Positions 11,113-21,454 are shown, numbered from the stretch's first letter. The stretch: DNA of 64,000 bases from Candidatus Bathyarchaeia archaeon (GCA_038727135.1 JAVYWL010000001.1:608001-672000); one strand, 5' to 3'. The notes: generated by a model not told the origin, from the sequence alone. Numbers and translations: made by a program.

Positions 11113-12267
11113 TTATGATAATGCTTTCCTTGCCAGTTCGGCACCTAGAACCATGTTTTTCAACTTAGCAAAGCTTACTTCCCATGTTCTGGTTCTTAAC
11201 CCGCAGTCGGTGCTCACAAATATTCTACTTGGGTCCGTGATGATTTTGGCGGCGTAAAGTATTCTGTCCCTCACCAGCTCTGGCGGTTCAATAAAGTCTG
11301 TGTGGACGTCTATGACGCCTAGACCATAATTTCCTTTAAAACCGTGGCCCTCAAATAGTTTCAGCTCATTATAGCCTATTCGTGCATCATCTGTTCCCGT
11401 TTGTCTGCTGTCTCTGTTGGCGAATTCGAGGGCTAGTTGGCTGCATTTCCGCAGTTTAGCGGCATATTTTGCTAGCACTTCATAATTGCTGTAGCAGTTG
11501 TGGAGGCTAAAGGTGCAGTTAAACCCTTTAACAGTCTCGTTGAAAGCTTCCACAAACAACTCCATTTCTTCGGCTGACGGGTTTGTGGTTGCTGCTGGTT
11601 CGTCTATCTGAATCCACGTTGCTCCAGCTTCAATAAGCCTACTTATTTCTGGCCTTACAACTTCCTTTATTAGGTCGAAGAGAAATTCTCTTCGAGCTTC
11701 AAACTTTCTACGTTTAAAATCTTTGATTTTGCTGCTGAGCTTTTTTTCGTAGTATTCGTTAAATGTCCAGTCAACAAGCGTGTAAGGACCGGTGAAGGGC
11801 ACTTTAACTTCTCTGTTGGTGTTTTTGCGTGTAAAAATGAACTCTTCCACATAGAATGGTTTCATATATTTTGGCTTATTTATGCAAGTGGCCTTGTTGA
11901 AGTATCTATAGTCAAAGGATTTTACATATCCCAAGAATTTGAAGCCTTCAATGTTTCTGATAACATGTTCGTACATTTCCGAGCGCCATTGTTCTCCATC
12001 AAAAATTATGTCAAGTCCAGCATTTTCAAAGAAGCGAATAACAAACCTCGCTGACCATTCAAGAATCGCCCTTTTATCCTCTGGCGTGCTCTTTTTGCTT
12101 TTTAAAATCTTAACGAGTTCATCTATGCCTTCTATTCTTAGCCTCTGTCCCCAGTCCAGTGCCTCGGCTATCTCGCTCTCTGATAAAGGTTCACCTCTGT
12201 ACCCTTTGATTCTCCATGCTGGTTTGGCGAGACTTCCTATTTCCTGTGTTGGGAAAAGCTTATTCAT
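11113..12267 (-). CDS. metE: Cobalamin-independent methionine synthase, catalytic (Zn-binding) half
   Basis: TQEIGSLAKP, DGEQWR, IQIDEPA, HNC, LEFANR, GLGVIDVH, DCGLRTR. Confidence 0.9.
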   Translation of the reverse strand: MNKLFPTQEIGSLAKPAWRIKGYRGEPLSESEIAEALDWGQRLRIEGIDELVKILKSKKSTPEDKRAILEWSARFVIRFFENAGLDIIFDGEQWRSEMYEHVIRNIEGFKFLGYVKSFDYRYFNKATCINKPKYMKPFYVEEFIFTRKNTNREVKVPFTGPYTLVDWTFNEYYEKKLSSKIKDFKRRKFEARREFLFDLIKEVVRPEISRLIEAGATWIQIDEPAATTNPSAEEMELFVEAFNETVKGFNCTFSLHNCYSNYEVLAKYAAKLRKCSQLALEFANRDSRQTGTDDARIGYNELKLFEGHGFKGNYGLGVIDVHTDFIEPPELVRDRILYAAKIITDPSRIFVSTDCGLRTRTWEVSFAKLKNMVLGAELARKALS

Positions 12268-12273
12268 GAATGC

Positions 12274-13257
12274 TCACTCCGCCTTTAGACGCTTGGCTAC
12301 GCGACTTATGACTCTTATTTTTTCTTCCGCCCTCTCCCAAGGTAGAAATTCTAAATCGCAGTTTGGACAAATGAAAACGTCGTGAACCTTTGACGGGTAA
12401 ACTGACCGGATAAGTTCTCCAGCCACCGTGGCAAGCTCGTTTTCATCCTCTAGTAGAGAACTGCGGGCGTCCACGATTCCTAAGGCGACACCTTTATCAA
12501 AATCATATTCTTTCAGACTTTCTAAACTTGTTTCGTATAGGTCTATTCCCAAGTCGTTAACTGGAAAGTTTAAGGCTTCAGGCATAATTTGTGAAAAGTC
12601 TCCGAAAAATGTTTGTAAGCATATTTTCACATTTGTACCTTTGGCGGTTATCCTCAAGGCTTCTTTAACATCGGCAAGAGTATCCTTGGAAATTGTTTTT
12701 TTAAATGGGTTATAGACAAGGGCTGGATCGCTTAGCTGAATGTATTTGAAACCTTTTTGTGCTAAGTTTTCGATTTCTGCTTTTAGGATTTCAGCGTAAG
12801 TGAACATTAGTTCCCTTTCATCTTTGTAAAATTTGTTTTCCGAAAGCCTTGCTAACGTGTAGGGTGCTGGCAGTATGGCTTTCCATGAAATGTTTTTTGG
12901 CAGGTATTCTGTGTAGGCCAGCTCCGTGGTTATGCCTTTTTTAGGCTTTATTTCGCTTTGAACGACGGGTTTTCTGTAGAAGGTATTGTTGTTAAACCAT
13001 CTTGCAAGAGCTCCCGCCTTCAAGCCTTCCAAGTTTTCGGTGAAAGGCCTCAGCAAATCTTGCCATTTTAACATTCCGTCTGTGATATAGCTTAGCTCAG
13101 CAGAGACTTGCGCCTCTATAACTTTTATTGCTGCCTCCTTGAAGGCTTTTTCCAGCTCTTCTGTGCTTACTTTTCTTCTGTCGTAAGCTCTTGTGGTTTC
13201 GATAAGCTCCTTGGGTCTTGGCATTATGCCCGTCACATAACAGCCAATCATTTTCAT
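12274..13257 (-). CDS. MetE-like partner subunit (second barrel of a split MetE)
   Basis: GIMPRP, TDGMLKWQD, RWFNNNTFYRKP, GIVDARS, PNCDLEFLP; lacks the HxC Zn motif. Confidence 0.82.
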   Translation of the reverse strand: MKMIGCYVTGIMPRPKELIETTRAYDRRKVSTEELEKAFKEAAIKVIEAQVSAELSYITDGMLKWQDLLRPFTENLEGLKAGALARWFNNNTFYRKPVVQSEIKPKKGITTELAYTEYLPKNISWKAILPAPYTLARLSENKFYKDERELMFTYAEILKAEIENLAQKGFKYIQLSDPALVYNPFKKTISKDTLADVKEALRITAKGTNVKICLQTFFGDFSQIMPEALNFPVNDLGIDLYETSLESLKEYDFDKGVALGIVDARSSLLEDENELATVAGELIRSVYPSKVHDVFICPNCDLEFLPWERAEEKIRVISRVAKRLKAE

Positions 13258-13295
13258 CCTCTTTATGGGCTTGTTGTGGTTATCTCTCTTGTTCA

Positions 13296-13319
13296 CCGTA
13301 ATAAAAATTTTAATAACGG
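13296..13319. promoter_or_regulatory. Imperfect 24-bp palindrome in the divergent metE/regulator promoter
   Basis: CCGTAATAAAAATTTTAATAACGG, 20 of 24 positions self-complementary. Confidence 0.45.
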
Positions 13320-13344
13320 AGTGCGCTTATGCATATGGACGACT

Positions 13345-14310
13345 ATGGGTAAAAAACTGCTGTTACATGACGACGGCAAAACGCAGATGGTTAAGGAAAT
13401 TAAGGTTTTCGACGATCCGCAGAAGCTTAAGCTCATTTTGAATAGGTTAAGCTGGAAAATTTTAGTTATGCTTTCAGAAAGAGCAATGTACCCCCTCGAA
13501 GTTGCAAAAGAGCTTGGGATTCACGAGCAAAAGGTTTACTATCATATAAGAAAGTTGATTAAAGCTGGAGCCATAACTGTTGCGAAACAGGAGGAGAGGA
13601 AGGGAGCCATAGCCAAATATTACACGGCAGCTTCAACGGCTTTCGGGATAGAACTGCCAAGGGGATACAAAACCATAGAAAAGCCTTCGTTGATTAGTGT
13701 TAGCGAACAGGTCCGAAGATTTTTCGGCGAGTTTATTCGCAAAGACGGATGTTTTGACGGCAAAATTGTTGTTGGTAGCCCAACCCCTCATGGACCTTTC
13801 AAAACGAGCGCCCGGGATGGGCATTACGCCTCTCACTTGGCTTTCTTTCTTGGACAATTTACTCGAATGCCAGAAGATTTCGCTGTGAAACTTGACGTGG
13901 ATGTTAAGGCTGAGAAAGAGGAGAAGAACAATCTGATTCTTGTGGGTGGGCCTGGAACAAACCTTTTGACGCAGGAATTGAATGAGCATCTACCTTTAAA
14001 GTTTAATATGCAGCCGTCTGAGCAAGGCTTCTTGTTTGGCGGTTTAGTTTCAACTAAGACTGGAAGGGTTTATACGGCTGACGCTGTTGGGCTTGTGGCG
14101 AAAATTGTTAATCCATGGGATAATAGCAAGCGGGTTGTTGTTTTAGCCGGAAATAAGGCTGTTGGCACTAAGGCGTGTGTTTTGGCGCTGACAAACTTCC
14201 ATGAAAAGACGTTGGGGAATTATAAGGGCGAGGACACCTTTGCCAAAGTAATTCAAGGTTTTGATTTAGACGGCGATGGCAAAGTTGACTCAATAGAGGT
14301 TTTGGAGTAA
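13345..14310 (+). CDS. ArsR-type HTH regulator with C-terminal alpha/beta domain
   Basis: YPLEVAKELGIHEQKVYYHIRKL HTH; C-terminal NLILVGGPGTN motif; divergent from the metE pair. Confidence 0.8.
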   Translation: MGKKLLLHDDGKTQMVKEIKVFDDPQKLKLILNRLSWKILVMLSERAMYPLEVAKELGIHEQKVYYHIRKLIKAGAITVAKQEERKGAIAKYYTAASTAFGIELPRGYKTIEKPSLISVSEQVRRFFGEFIRKDGCFDGKIVVGSPTPHGPFKTSARDGHYASHLAFFLGQFTRMPEDFAVKLDVDVKAEKEEKNNLILVGGPGTNLLTQELNEHLPLKFNMQPSEQGFLFGGLVSTKTGRVYTADAVGLVAKIVNPWDNSKRVVVLAGNKAVGTKACVLALTNFHEKTLGNYKGEDTFAKVIQGFDLDGDGKVDSIEVLE

Positions 14311-14757
14311 ATGCCAAAAATTCGTATAGCAGAGCGGGCGGATCTGCCGAAAATATTAGAACTGATTAAGAGGAATGGAGAGCCTTTAAACGAGGATTTA
14401 GAGGCTATCTTCAATTTTGAAAGTCCTAACGAGAAGTGCAGATTTTTTGTCGCTGAGGAAGATGGCAAGATTGTTGGTTTTTCTAGGGTGCATTTTTATA
14501 GGTGGAATAAGAGCGCCTATGTGATAAATCTTCTCGTTGACGCTGGTTATAGGCGTAGAGGAATAGGCTCTCTTTTACTGAAGGCTATGGAGGATTTTGC
14601 AAGGGAAAAAGGCGCGCGGGTTCTTATGTTTGACACTGCAATAGACAACATTCCAGCCTTAAACCTCTATTTGAAAAATGGCTTTAAAATTTGTGGCTAC
14701 AACGGAAAGCTCTATGAGAATGATAAAACAGCGTTATACCTTGCGAAAGAACTCTAA
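14311..14757 (+). CDS. GNAT family N-acetyltransferase
   Basis: LLVDAGYRRRGIGSLLL, NIPALNLYLKNGF. Confidence 0.9.
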   Translation: MPKIRIAERADLPKILELIKRNGEPLNEDLEAIFNFESPNEKCRFFVAEEDGKIVGFSRVHFYRWNKSAYVINLLVDAGYRRRGIGSLLLKAMEDFAREKGARVLMFDTAIDNIPALNLYLKNGFKICGYNGKLYENDKTALYLAKEL

Positions 14758-14775
14758 AGGCAAGGAGCTGGTGTA

Positions 14776-15225
14776 ATGTCAAAGATTTTCGTTAGGGGGA
14801 TGTCTGGGCGTGACTTGGCTGAGGTTTCAGAGCTGGCGCCTTTGGCGAACCCTCATGCAATTAAAGAGGAATATAAGAAGCGCATCATTAAAGTATTGGA
14901 AGAAAATCCAGATCTTTCTTTTGTAGCTGTGATGGATGGGAGGGTTATTGGTTATGTGCAGGCGGGAGTTTGTGGTTCTACGGCGGTTATTGAGGATTTG
15001 GCTGTTGGCAGAGAATATCAAGGTAGGGGTGTGGGCGAAAAGCTGTTGCGGAAGGAATTGGAGGTTTTAAGGCGGAAAGATGTGAGGTTGGTGTTTGCTG
15101 AGGTTCATTATAAATGCGCTTCAGCAATACCATTTTACTACAAGTTTGGCTTTCGTATAGCTGGTTTCCAGCAGGACTATTTTGGGGTTGGACATGACGC
15201 GATAATTCTAAAATTAGAGTTATAA
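14776..15225 (+). CDS. GNAT family N-acetyltransferase
   Basis: LAVGREYQGRGVGEKLL, AIPFYYKFGF. Confidence 0.9.
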   Translation: MSKIFVRGMSGRDLAEVSELAPLANPHAIKEEYKKRIIKVLEENPDLSFVAVMDGRVIGYVQAGVCGSTAVIEDLAVGREYQGRGVGEKLLRKELEVLRRKDVRLVFAEVHYKCASAIPFYYKFGFRIAGFQQDYFGVGHDAIILKLEL

Positions 15226-15249
15226 CTTGGCTTATTGGAAAGGTAGCCT

Positions 15250-15675
15250 ATGCAAATCACCGAATATCTAACAGCATTTGGTCATAGGAACATCAGAGCT
15301 ACCCACAGAACCACGCTTGAATTTACAAGGGAGAAAGAGCTTTCCGTTAGAGGGGACTGTATTGTCGCTGTTTCCGCTGATAAAGGTTTTTCTGATCTCA
15401 AACCGGAGTTTAGGGAATTTCTCCGGAAAGAAAATGCGAGGCTCACAATCCTCATAGAAGCTGACGGAGCTGTCGATGTTGTAAAGGCTCGGGGAAGCCC
15501 TAAACTGATTTTGTCGCATCAGGCAGACATGGTTGTGAGGAAAAGCGGATACATTTGTGGTAGAACTTTGGCGATTAATGCGGATAAGGCGGCTTGCGAC
15601 TTGTCAAGGGCTCTTGTGAAGAGGCTTCAGATTCCAGGGCAGATGGTTAGGGTAACTTTAACTGTTGAGGTTTAG
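15250..15675 (+). CDS. DUF371 family protein
   Basis: GHRNIRATHRTTLEFT, RGDCIVAV, RTLAINADKAA. Confidence 0.9.
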   Translation: MQITEYLTAFGHRNIRATHRTTLEFTREKELSVRGDCIVAVSADKGFSDLKPEFREFLRKENARLTILIEADGAVDVVKARGSPKLILSHQADMVVRKSGYICGRTLAINADKAACDLSRALVKRLQIPGQMVRVTLTVEV

Positions 15676-16742
15676 CGAATTTCCGCGTCTAAAACGGCTT
15701 GCCACTCGTAGGGGGCTGTTTCGCGGATGGTTCTCGCGAAAAGGATTTTTGCCACGCTTCTACTGGACTTTTCAACCTCTTCCCTAAATCGTTGTTCCAA
15801 TTTTTCCAACGTATTTTCCGCTGTGACGAAACCGTAAAAGTGTATGGCGCCTCCCTCGGGCTTCAAGGCTTCGCATGCGGCTCCGACGAATTCTATGGCT
15901 TTTTCTGGTAGGTTCATGATGATGCGGTCTGCTTGTCCGCGGAGTTTTTGTTTAATGACTTGTTTTGCGTCACCTAAAATTGGGTAAACTTTTCCCTCAA
16001 CCCTATTCAGCCTAACATTTTTTTCGAGTAAAGTGATGGCTTCTGGGTTTATGTCTATGGCGTAAACCTTAACACGGCTATGAGTTTTCGCTATGAGTAT
16101 CGAGAAGGGACCAACTCCAGCGAACATGTCTATGACCGTTTCGCCTTCTTTAACCATTGATGCTACTCGCTTATGCTCGTTGGATAGACGGGGTGAGAAA
16201 TAGGTTTTGGCTAAGTCTACATGGTACTGGCATCCATGCTCTTTATGTATAGTTTCTGTTTTTGGTTCTCCAGCTATGACGATGTATTGTCTTGTTCGGT
16301 ATTCGCCTTTTATTGCTCCAGCCTTGGCGAGAACTGTCCGCAAGTTTTTGTGAATTTGTAGGATTGCATTTCCAATTTCCGTTTTGTAGCTTTCAAGTTC
16401 TGACGGGATTTCAATTATGGCTATGTCGCCTACAACATCCATGGCTCGTGGAACACAAGCTAATAGGTTGGGCGGAAGTTTGCCTTCCAACAATTCCATA
16501 AGTGTTTTTGGACGCATTTTTCTTTCTGGAAAAGTGTAGGTTGTGATTTCAAGGCTTATGGCTTGTTTTTGGAGGGCTTGCATGTCATCTTTTGATGGAT
16601 TTCTGGTTAGGGGGATGTAAATGTAGGCGTTATTTCTCTGGACTTCTAGTTCTTTATTAACCAATCCTAGTTTGTGAGCTGTTGTTATGGCTTTTTCGCC
16701 GTCAATTTTTGGGACTTTGAGGCAAGGGGCTTCCTTTGGCAT
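15672..16742 (-). CDS. trm5: Trm5/Met-10+ family tRNA methyltransferase
   Basis: DVVGDIAII, YFSPRLSNE, DMFAGVGPF, DRIIMNLP. Confidence 0.88.
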   Translation of the reverse strand: MPKEAPCLKVPKIDGEKAITTAHKLGLVNKELEVQRNNAYIYIPLTRNPSKDDMQALQKQAISLEITTYTFPERKMRPKTLMELLEGKLPPNLLACVPRAMDVVGDIAIIEIPSELESYKTEIGNAILQIHKNLRTVLAKAGAIKGEYRTRQYIVIAGEPKTETIHKEHGCQYHVDLAKTYFSPRLSNEHKRVASMVKEGETVIDMFAGVGPFSILIAKTHSRVKVYAIDINPEAITLLEKNVRLNRVEGKVYPILGDAKQVIKQKLRGQADRIIMNLPEKAIEFVGAACEALKPEGGAIHFYGFVTAENTLEKLEQRFREEVEKSSRSVAKILFARTIRETAPYEWQAVLDAEIR

Positions 16743-16758
16743 AAAATTGCCTAATATT

Positions 16759-17667
16759 CTACTCTATTATTTTGAAGAAGTTCCTTTCGGTTATTATTCC
16801 AACAAGCTTCTCGTTTTGGACGACTGGTAAGGCGCCGAGGTTTTTCTCCCGCATGATTTTTGCCGCTTGTCCAACGTCTGCTTCTGGCGTGATTGTTGTA
16901 ACTTCTTTTGTGGCTATTTCGAGGGCTGGTGTGTTCAAAACCTGCGTTATTGTTCCCGATTTTAGGTGTTTGAAGACTTCTCCTGAGCCGAAGAAGCGTA
17001 TGATGTCCATGGATGTTACTATGCCTACTACCCTGCCATCTGAAACTATTGGGAGTCTTCTGAAGCCTTGTCCAATCATGGTTTTCTCTGCTTCAAAGAT
17101 TGTTGTTTTTGGCAGTGCGGTTACCACTTTTTCGGTCATTAGCTGTGAAACTTTCATCCCGCTTATTCTGTCTGCGAACATGCGGGCCACATCCCTTTCA
17201 GTGACTATTGCCCTAACATGGTTTTCGTTGTCCACAACTGGTAAGCCACCTACATTCTTCTCTTTCATAAGTTGGATTGCCTCGCTTATGTCCGCTGTGG
17301 TTTTTACCGCGAAAACTTTCCGGTTCATTATGAGTTTTATCGGCTCGTTTATGGCTTTAAAGATATTTCCGGAAAACTTCTGTTGGACTATTTCGAATTT
17401 TTTGCCTCCGCCGAGGTAGTCAACTATGTCAGTGGCTGTTACTATGCCAGCCAATGTTTTTGTGCCTGGATCAGCGATGGGGATTCTTCGGAATCCTTCT
17501 TTCGCCATTATTTTTATTGCGTCGTATATGGGTGTTGTTGGAGCCATTGTTATGACTGGGCTTTTTGCTATGTGCATAACGTCGCCTTCGCGTTTTTTGG
17601 CAGCTGAACCTTTTAACGAAACCGGCCCCTTTCCTCTTAGTGTTCTCCTAAAAGTTTCTCTACTCAT
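16759..17667 (-). CDS. CBS domain protein (4 CBS)
   Basis: Repeated GFRRIPI/LPVV..GIVT motifs. Confidence 0.9.
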   Translation of the reverse strand: MSRETFRRTLRGKGPVSLKGSAAKKREGDVMHIAKSPVITMAPTTPIYDAIKIMAKEGFRRIPIADPGTKTLAGIVTATDIVDYLGGGKKFEIVQQKFSGNIFKAINEPIKLIMNRKVFAVKTTADISEAIQLMKEKNVGGLPVVDNENHVRAIVTERDVARMFADRISGMKVSQLMTEKVVTALPKTTIFEAEKTMIGQGFRRLPIVSDGRVVGIVTSMDIIRFFGSGEVFKHLKSGTITQVLNTPALEIATKEVTTITPEADVGQAAKIMREKNLGALPVVQNEKLVGIITERNFFKIIE

Positions 17668-17686
17668 TTTTCATTTCCACGCCTTC

Positions 17687-18472
17687 TCATTTGATTATGA
17701 GCCTTGCTATGTCTTCTCGGTCCACTATGCCTATTAGCCTTCCCTCTTCGTCCACGACTGGAACTCGCCCAATGTCCTTTGAAACCATAACTTTTGCAAC
17801 CCTTATCGCCTTCACTAATGGTTGAACGGCTATCACGTTTGTCTTCATAACGGCTGAAATTTTCGTTGAAGCCTTAAATCTTCCTTTATGGGACTCAAAT
17901 GTCGGCATGAGTGCCCCACTTTCTAGAAGGTCTTTTTGGGTTACTATGCCCACAAGCTTGTTTTTGGTGACGACTGGAAGTCCGGCTAAGGATTTGCCTT
18001 GCATCAAGCGCCAGACATCGTCAATCTCGTCGTCTGGAGAGCATGTTAGGAGGTTTGTCGACATTATTTCTGAAATCGGTTTTGCAAGTTTTTCAGGGCT
18101 TGTTTTGATTATGTTTTCTATGAAGTTTTCTAAGCCTAAGACCCCTTTCAACATGTTTTCTGTTCTGTTGTTTACAACTGGTGTGCACCATTCGTCCACG
18201 CGTAGCATCTCCCTAACTGTTTGGAAAGCATCATCTTCGGTTGTGGCGACATGCTTCGGGTTTGTCATTATGCCCTTCACTTTTATTGGCGAAACAGACG
18301 AGGATATGGTCATGACTGCGCCGCGGGAGACTATTCCCAAAAGTTTTCTTTCACGGTTTATAACCGGCAATATTCTTAGGGAGAAGTCACGGATAAGGGC
18401 TCGGGCTTTTGTTGCAAGCTCATCATCGTAAATGAAGGGGTGTTTTTCATTCAATATTTCTTTGACACGCAA
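17687..18472 (-). CDS. CBS domain protein (4 CBS)
   Basis: LPVINRERKLLGIVS, GRVPVVDEEGRLIGIVD. Confidence 0.9.
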   Translation of the reverse strand: MRVKEILNEKHPFIYDDELATKARALIRDFSLRILPVINRERKLLGIVSRGAVMTISSSVSPIKVKGIMTNPKHVATTEDDAFQTVREMLRVDEWCTPVVNNRTENMLKGVLGLENFIENIIKTSPEKLAKPISEIMSTNLLTCSPDDEIDDVWRLMQGKSLAGLPVVTKNKLVGIVTQKDLLESGALMPTFESHKGRFKASTKISAVMKTNVIAVQPLVKAIRVAKVMVSKDIGRVPVVDEEGRLIGIVDREDIARLIIK

Positions 18473-18497
18473 AAAATCTCCCCTTTAAACCTTTTTT

Positions 18498-19085
18498 TCA
18501 TTCGGTTTCCAATTCTGCTCTGCAGTCTTCGCAGAGGAATTCTCCATCCACCTCTTTAAGGTTGTCTGACCATCCGCCGCAGCGGTCGCAGTACCCAGCA
18601 AGAGAGGATTCTTCCTCTTCCGGTATGGTTGTTTGAGCTAGGTTTTCTCCCTCTATGAGGGCTCTCTCCTGTATTGTTTCGATGAGTTCTGGCATTACTG
18701 CCAATATGTCTTTGCTTGAGAGGATTCCGATGAGTTGTCCCTTGTAGACTACGCCTAGCCTTCTAATGTTTAGTCTGCTCATTTTTCGTGCTGCTTCGCT
18801 TATTGTTTCGTCCGGTTCTATTGTTATTAGGGGGGTTGTCATAACGTCTTTTGCCTTTAAAGCGTCAGGTTTAACATTTTTAGCAAGAACCCTTGTCACT
18901 AGGTCTCTTTCGGTTATGATTCCTATGGGCTTTCCTTCCTTACTGGTTACTATAATGCATCCCAATCCGTGTTTGTCCATGAGCTCTGCCACGCGGTTTG
19001 CTGTGGCGTCTTCTTCCACAGTTATCACTGGGCTGCTCATGACGTCTTTAACCAGCATTCTCGACCTTAAACCAATTTCAGCCAT
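18498..19085 (-). CDS. CBS domain protein with C-terminal Zn ribbon
   Basis: VKDVMSSPVIT, GIITERD, C-terminal GYCDRCG..LCEDC. Confidence 0.9.
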   Translation of the reverse strand: MAEIGLRSRMLVKDVMSSPVITVEEDATANRVAELMDKHGLGCIIVTSKEGKPIGIITERDLVTRVLAKNVKPDALKAKDVMTTPLITIEPDETISEAARKMSRLNIRRLGVVYKGQLIGILSSKDILAVMPELIETIQERALIEGENLAQTTIPEEEESSLAGYCDRCGGWSDNLKEVDGEFLCEDCRAELETE

Positions 19086-19246
19086 CTGGTTTTCGCCACT
19101 GCTAGTTTTGTGCGCTTTGCTTTTCACTCAACTCAAAATGTAAAGAGGCATTTAAAACTTGTTATGTTCCAAGCGTTTACATCATTTATAGAGGGGAAAC
19201 TTATTATCCAAGACCGGTGTTGACTCTAACCGTTGAGGAGGAAAGC

Positions 19247-20137
19247 ATGTTAAGGACAAATGTTGACAAACTTGTTAAGATTTCTGTCGTGGGCGAGGTG
19301 GCAAGCCCAATTTATGGAAGAGGCATATACAACATTTCAGCCGAAGGAGTGCCGTTGGTCTTGCCAGGCGTAGGCGGAATAACCTACAACGTGAGGGTTG
19401 GCGACCCGGCTTGCGGCTGGGAAGCGGACCACGTTGAACCCGGCGTGAGCATAGAAAACAAGGAGAATGATCCCACTTTTGGTCGTGGTGCCAACACAGC
19501 TTTAAACGTGCTTTCATGTGTGGGGAATGAAGCTGTTGTGTTTTCTGGCGACGCCAAAGGCGCAAAAGGGGTTGTCACCGGGAAGCATGGCGGGATAGAG
19601 CATGTGCTTGTGGATTTTCAGCCTGAAACTCTTGAAAAGCTTATGTTGGGCGATAAAGTTTTGGTGAAGGCATTCGGCGTTGGCTTGAAGCTTTTGGATT
19701 TTCCAGAAATTAAGGTTATGAATATGGACCCCCGTTTCTTGGAAGCTTTAGACCCGAAGCCGGTGGGCGACAAGTTGGAGGTTCCGGTGACGCATGTTAT
19801 TCCAGCGGCGATTATGGGTTCTGGTTTAGGCGCAAACCAGACTTATTCTGGGGATTATGACATACAACTTTTCGATGAAGCCACACGGAAGGAGTATGGA
19901 CTTGACGATTTGAGACTTGGAGACTTGGTGGCTATACTGGACGCGGACCATTCTTATGGGCGAATATACCGCAAGGGCGCCGTTTCAGTGGGCATAGTTG
20001 TCCACACAAACTGTGTAACTTCTGGGCATGGTCCAGGCGTCACAACTTTGTTTACTTCGTCTACTGGGAAGATTATCCCCAGAATAGATTCTAAGGCTAA
20101 CATTGCTTGCATTTTGAAATTGAGAACAGATATATAG
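19247..20137 (+). CDS. DUF4438 family protein
   Basis: PGVGGITYNVRVGD, ADHVEPGVS, GKHGGIEHV, SGHGPGVT; GAGGAGG RBS before ATG 19247. Confidence 0.8.
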   Translation: MLRTNVDKLVKISVVGEVASPIYGRGIYNISAEGVPLVLPGVGGITYNVRVGDPACGWEADHVEPGVSIENKENDPTFGRGANTALNVLSCVGNEAVVFSGDAKGAKGVVTGKHGGIEHVLVDFQPETLEKLMLGDKVLVKAFGVGLKLLDFPEIKVMNMDPRFLEALDPKPVGDKLEVPVTHVIPAAIMGSGLGANQTYSGDYDIQLFDEATRKEYGLDDLRLGDLVAILDADHSYGRIYRKGAVSVGIVVHTNCVTSGHGPGVTTLFTSSTGKIIPRIDSKANIACILKLRTDI

Positions 20138-20181
20138 GCGTGCATGGCTATATCATGCATAGAATTGCTTGTGGGTTAGTT

Positions 20182-20472
20182 ATGCCATACAAGAGGAAGA
20201 GTCGTGGAAGGTCGAAGGGCGCCAAAGGCAGAAGTGGCTTTGTCCAGTGTGCCAACTGCGGGGAACTTGTGCCACGGGATAAAGCCAAAAAGGTTACGCG
20301 GAGACTTTCTCTAGTGGATCCAGCCTTAGCTAGGGAGCTTCGTCAAAAAGGCGCTTATATTTCGGCGCCAGTTGACACAAAATATTATTGTGTTTCATGC
20401 GCTGTTCATTATGGTATTGTGAAGGTTCGAGCCAGAGAAGAGCGTAAACTTCGCATTGGCAGAAGGTTCTAG
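20182..20472 (+). CDS. rps26e: 30S ribosomal protein S26e
   Basis: MPYKRKSRGRSKG, CANCGELVPRDKAKK, YCVSCAVH. Confidence 0.95.
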   Translation: MPYKRKSRGRSKGAKGRSGFVQCANCGELVPRDKAKKVTRRLSLVDPALARELRQKGAYISAPVDTKYYCVSCAVHYGIVKVRAREERKLRIGRRF

Positions 20473-21083
20473 CCTTCCGGCTTTGCTTCTCCTTTCTTCT
20501 TTAACGCTTTATACGCGTATAGGCTTCTCTGCAGCACTGTTAGATTTGTGAACACCGCCAACAATATCATGCCAGCTTCGATAACGCCCGCAAAGAATAT
20601 TTCGGCTATGCTTGCCGCTGCGATTATGATTATGCGTTCAGCCCTTTCAGCCAAACCAACAGTCTCCATTTTTATGCCCGCTGCTTCAGCTCTGGCACGG
20701 GAATAGCTTACCAGCAAAGAGCCTATAAGGGATATTAGCCCCCAAGGAACCGAGCACAATTCGCCCAATATTATGCCCACATAAACCGCTGAGTCCGCAT
20801 ACCTATCGAGAAGGGAGTCCAAGAAGCCCCCGAAGGGTGTTTCTTTTTCGCATAGTCTTGCCAAGGCTCCGTCCAGCATGTCGCAGTATCCCGAAAGAAG
20901 CAGTAGAACAACAGCCAAAGCCAGCGTTACTGTCTGACGTCCACTGGTGTAGGCTGTTGCCGAGAATAGGGCTAAAACTATGCCTATAGCGCTTATAATG
21001 TTTGGTGTCAAGCCTAACTTGTTGGCTGTTTGAGCTTGTGCTTTTATGGCTGACTGCACTTTGGCTTTTAACTTTGTCAGCAT
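20469..21083 (-). CDS. CDP-alcohol phosphatidyltransferase (archaetidylinositol phosphate synthase-like)
   Basis: DMLDGALAR..GGFLDSLLDR signature, SYSRARAE. Confidence 0.9.
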   Translation of the reverse strand: MLTKLKAKVQSAIKAQAQTANKLGLTPNIISAIGIVLALFSATAYTSGRQTVTLALAVVLLLLSGYCDMLDGALARLCEKETPFGGFLDSLLDRYADSAVYVGIILGELCSVPWGLISLIGSLLVSYSRARAEAAGIKMETVGLAERAERIIIIAAASIAEIFFAGVIEAGMILLAVFTNLTVLQRSLYAYKALKKKGEAKPEG

Positions 21084-21157
21084 GGTTTTCGCTTCTTCTG
21101 TGTGGCAATTCTTATTTAAAAATTACAACACAACCTATAGGGCTGTGGGGGACAGCT

Positions 21158-21451
21158 TTGATAAGTGTTGCTCAGGTTAAGGTAGGCGAGAAAACATGTT
21201 TAGGCGTTAGGGTTGAGCTTCCAGATTCGCCGCCGCTACTGCTGGTTGTGGCGGAGAAGGGCTTCGTTATGTGCGGCTTCCTAAACATTGAGGCTGCAGA
21301 ACGCCTAAGCGTGGCAGCAGCCATGGTCAGCGGAGTAAAAACCTTCGAGGATGTTTTAAATGCCGAGATTAAAGCCGCCACAACAAAGGCTAAAGGGTTA
21401 GGCGTTCAGCTTGGAATGCGGGGCGCAGAAGCCTTAAAGCATATGCTTTAA
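21158..21451 (+). CDS. YunC/DUF1805 family protein
   Basis: GFVMCGFLNIEAAE..AAAMVSGVKTFEDVL; TTG start at 21158. Confidence 0.85.
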   Translation: MISVAQVKVGEKTCLGVRVELPDSPPLLLVVAEKGFVMCGFLNIEAAERLSVAAAMVSGVKTFEDVLNAEIKAATTKAKGLGVQLGMRGAEALKHML

Positions 21452-21454
21452 ATG

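Noticed and set aside
16759-19127. Three tandem CBS genes as a novel system
   Set aside because: Tandem CBS-domain genes are common in archaea, and nothing distinctive is seen here
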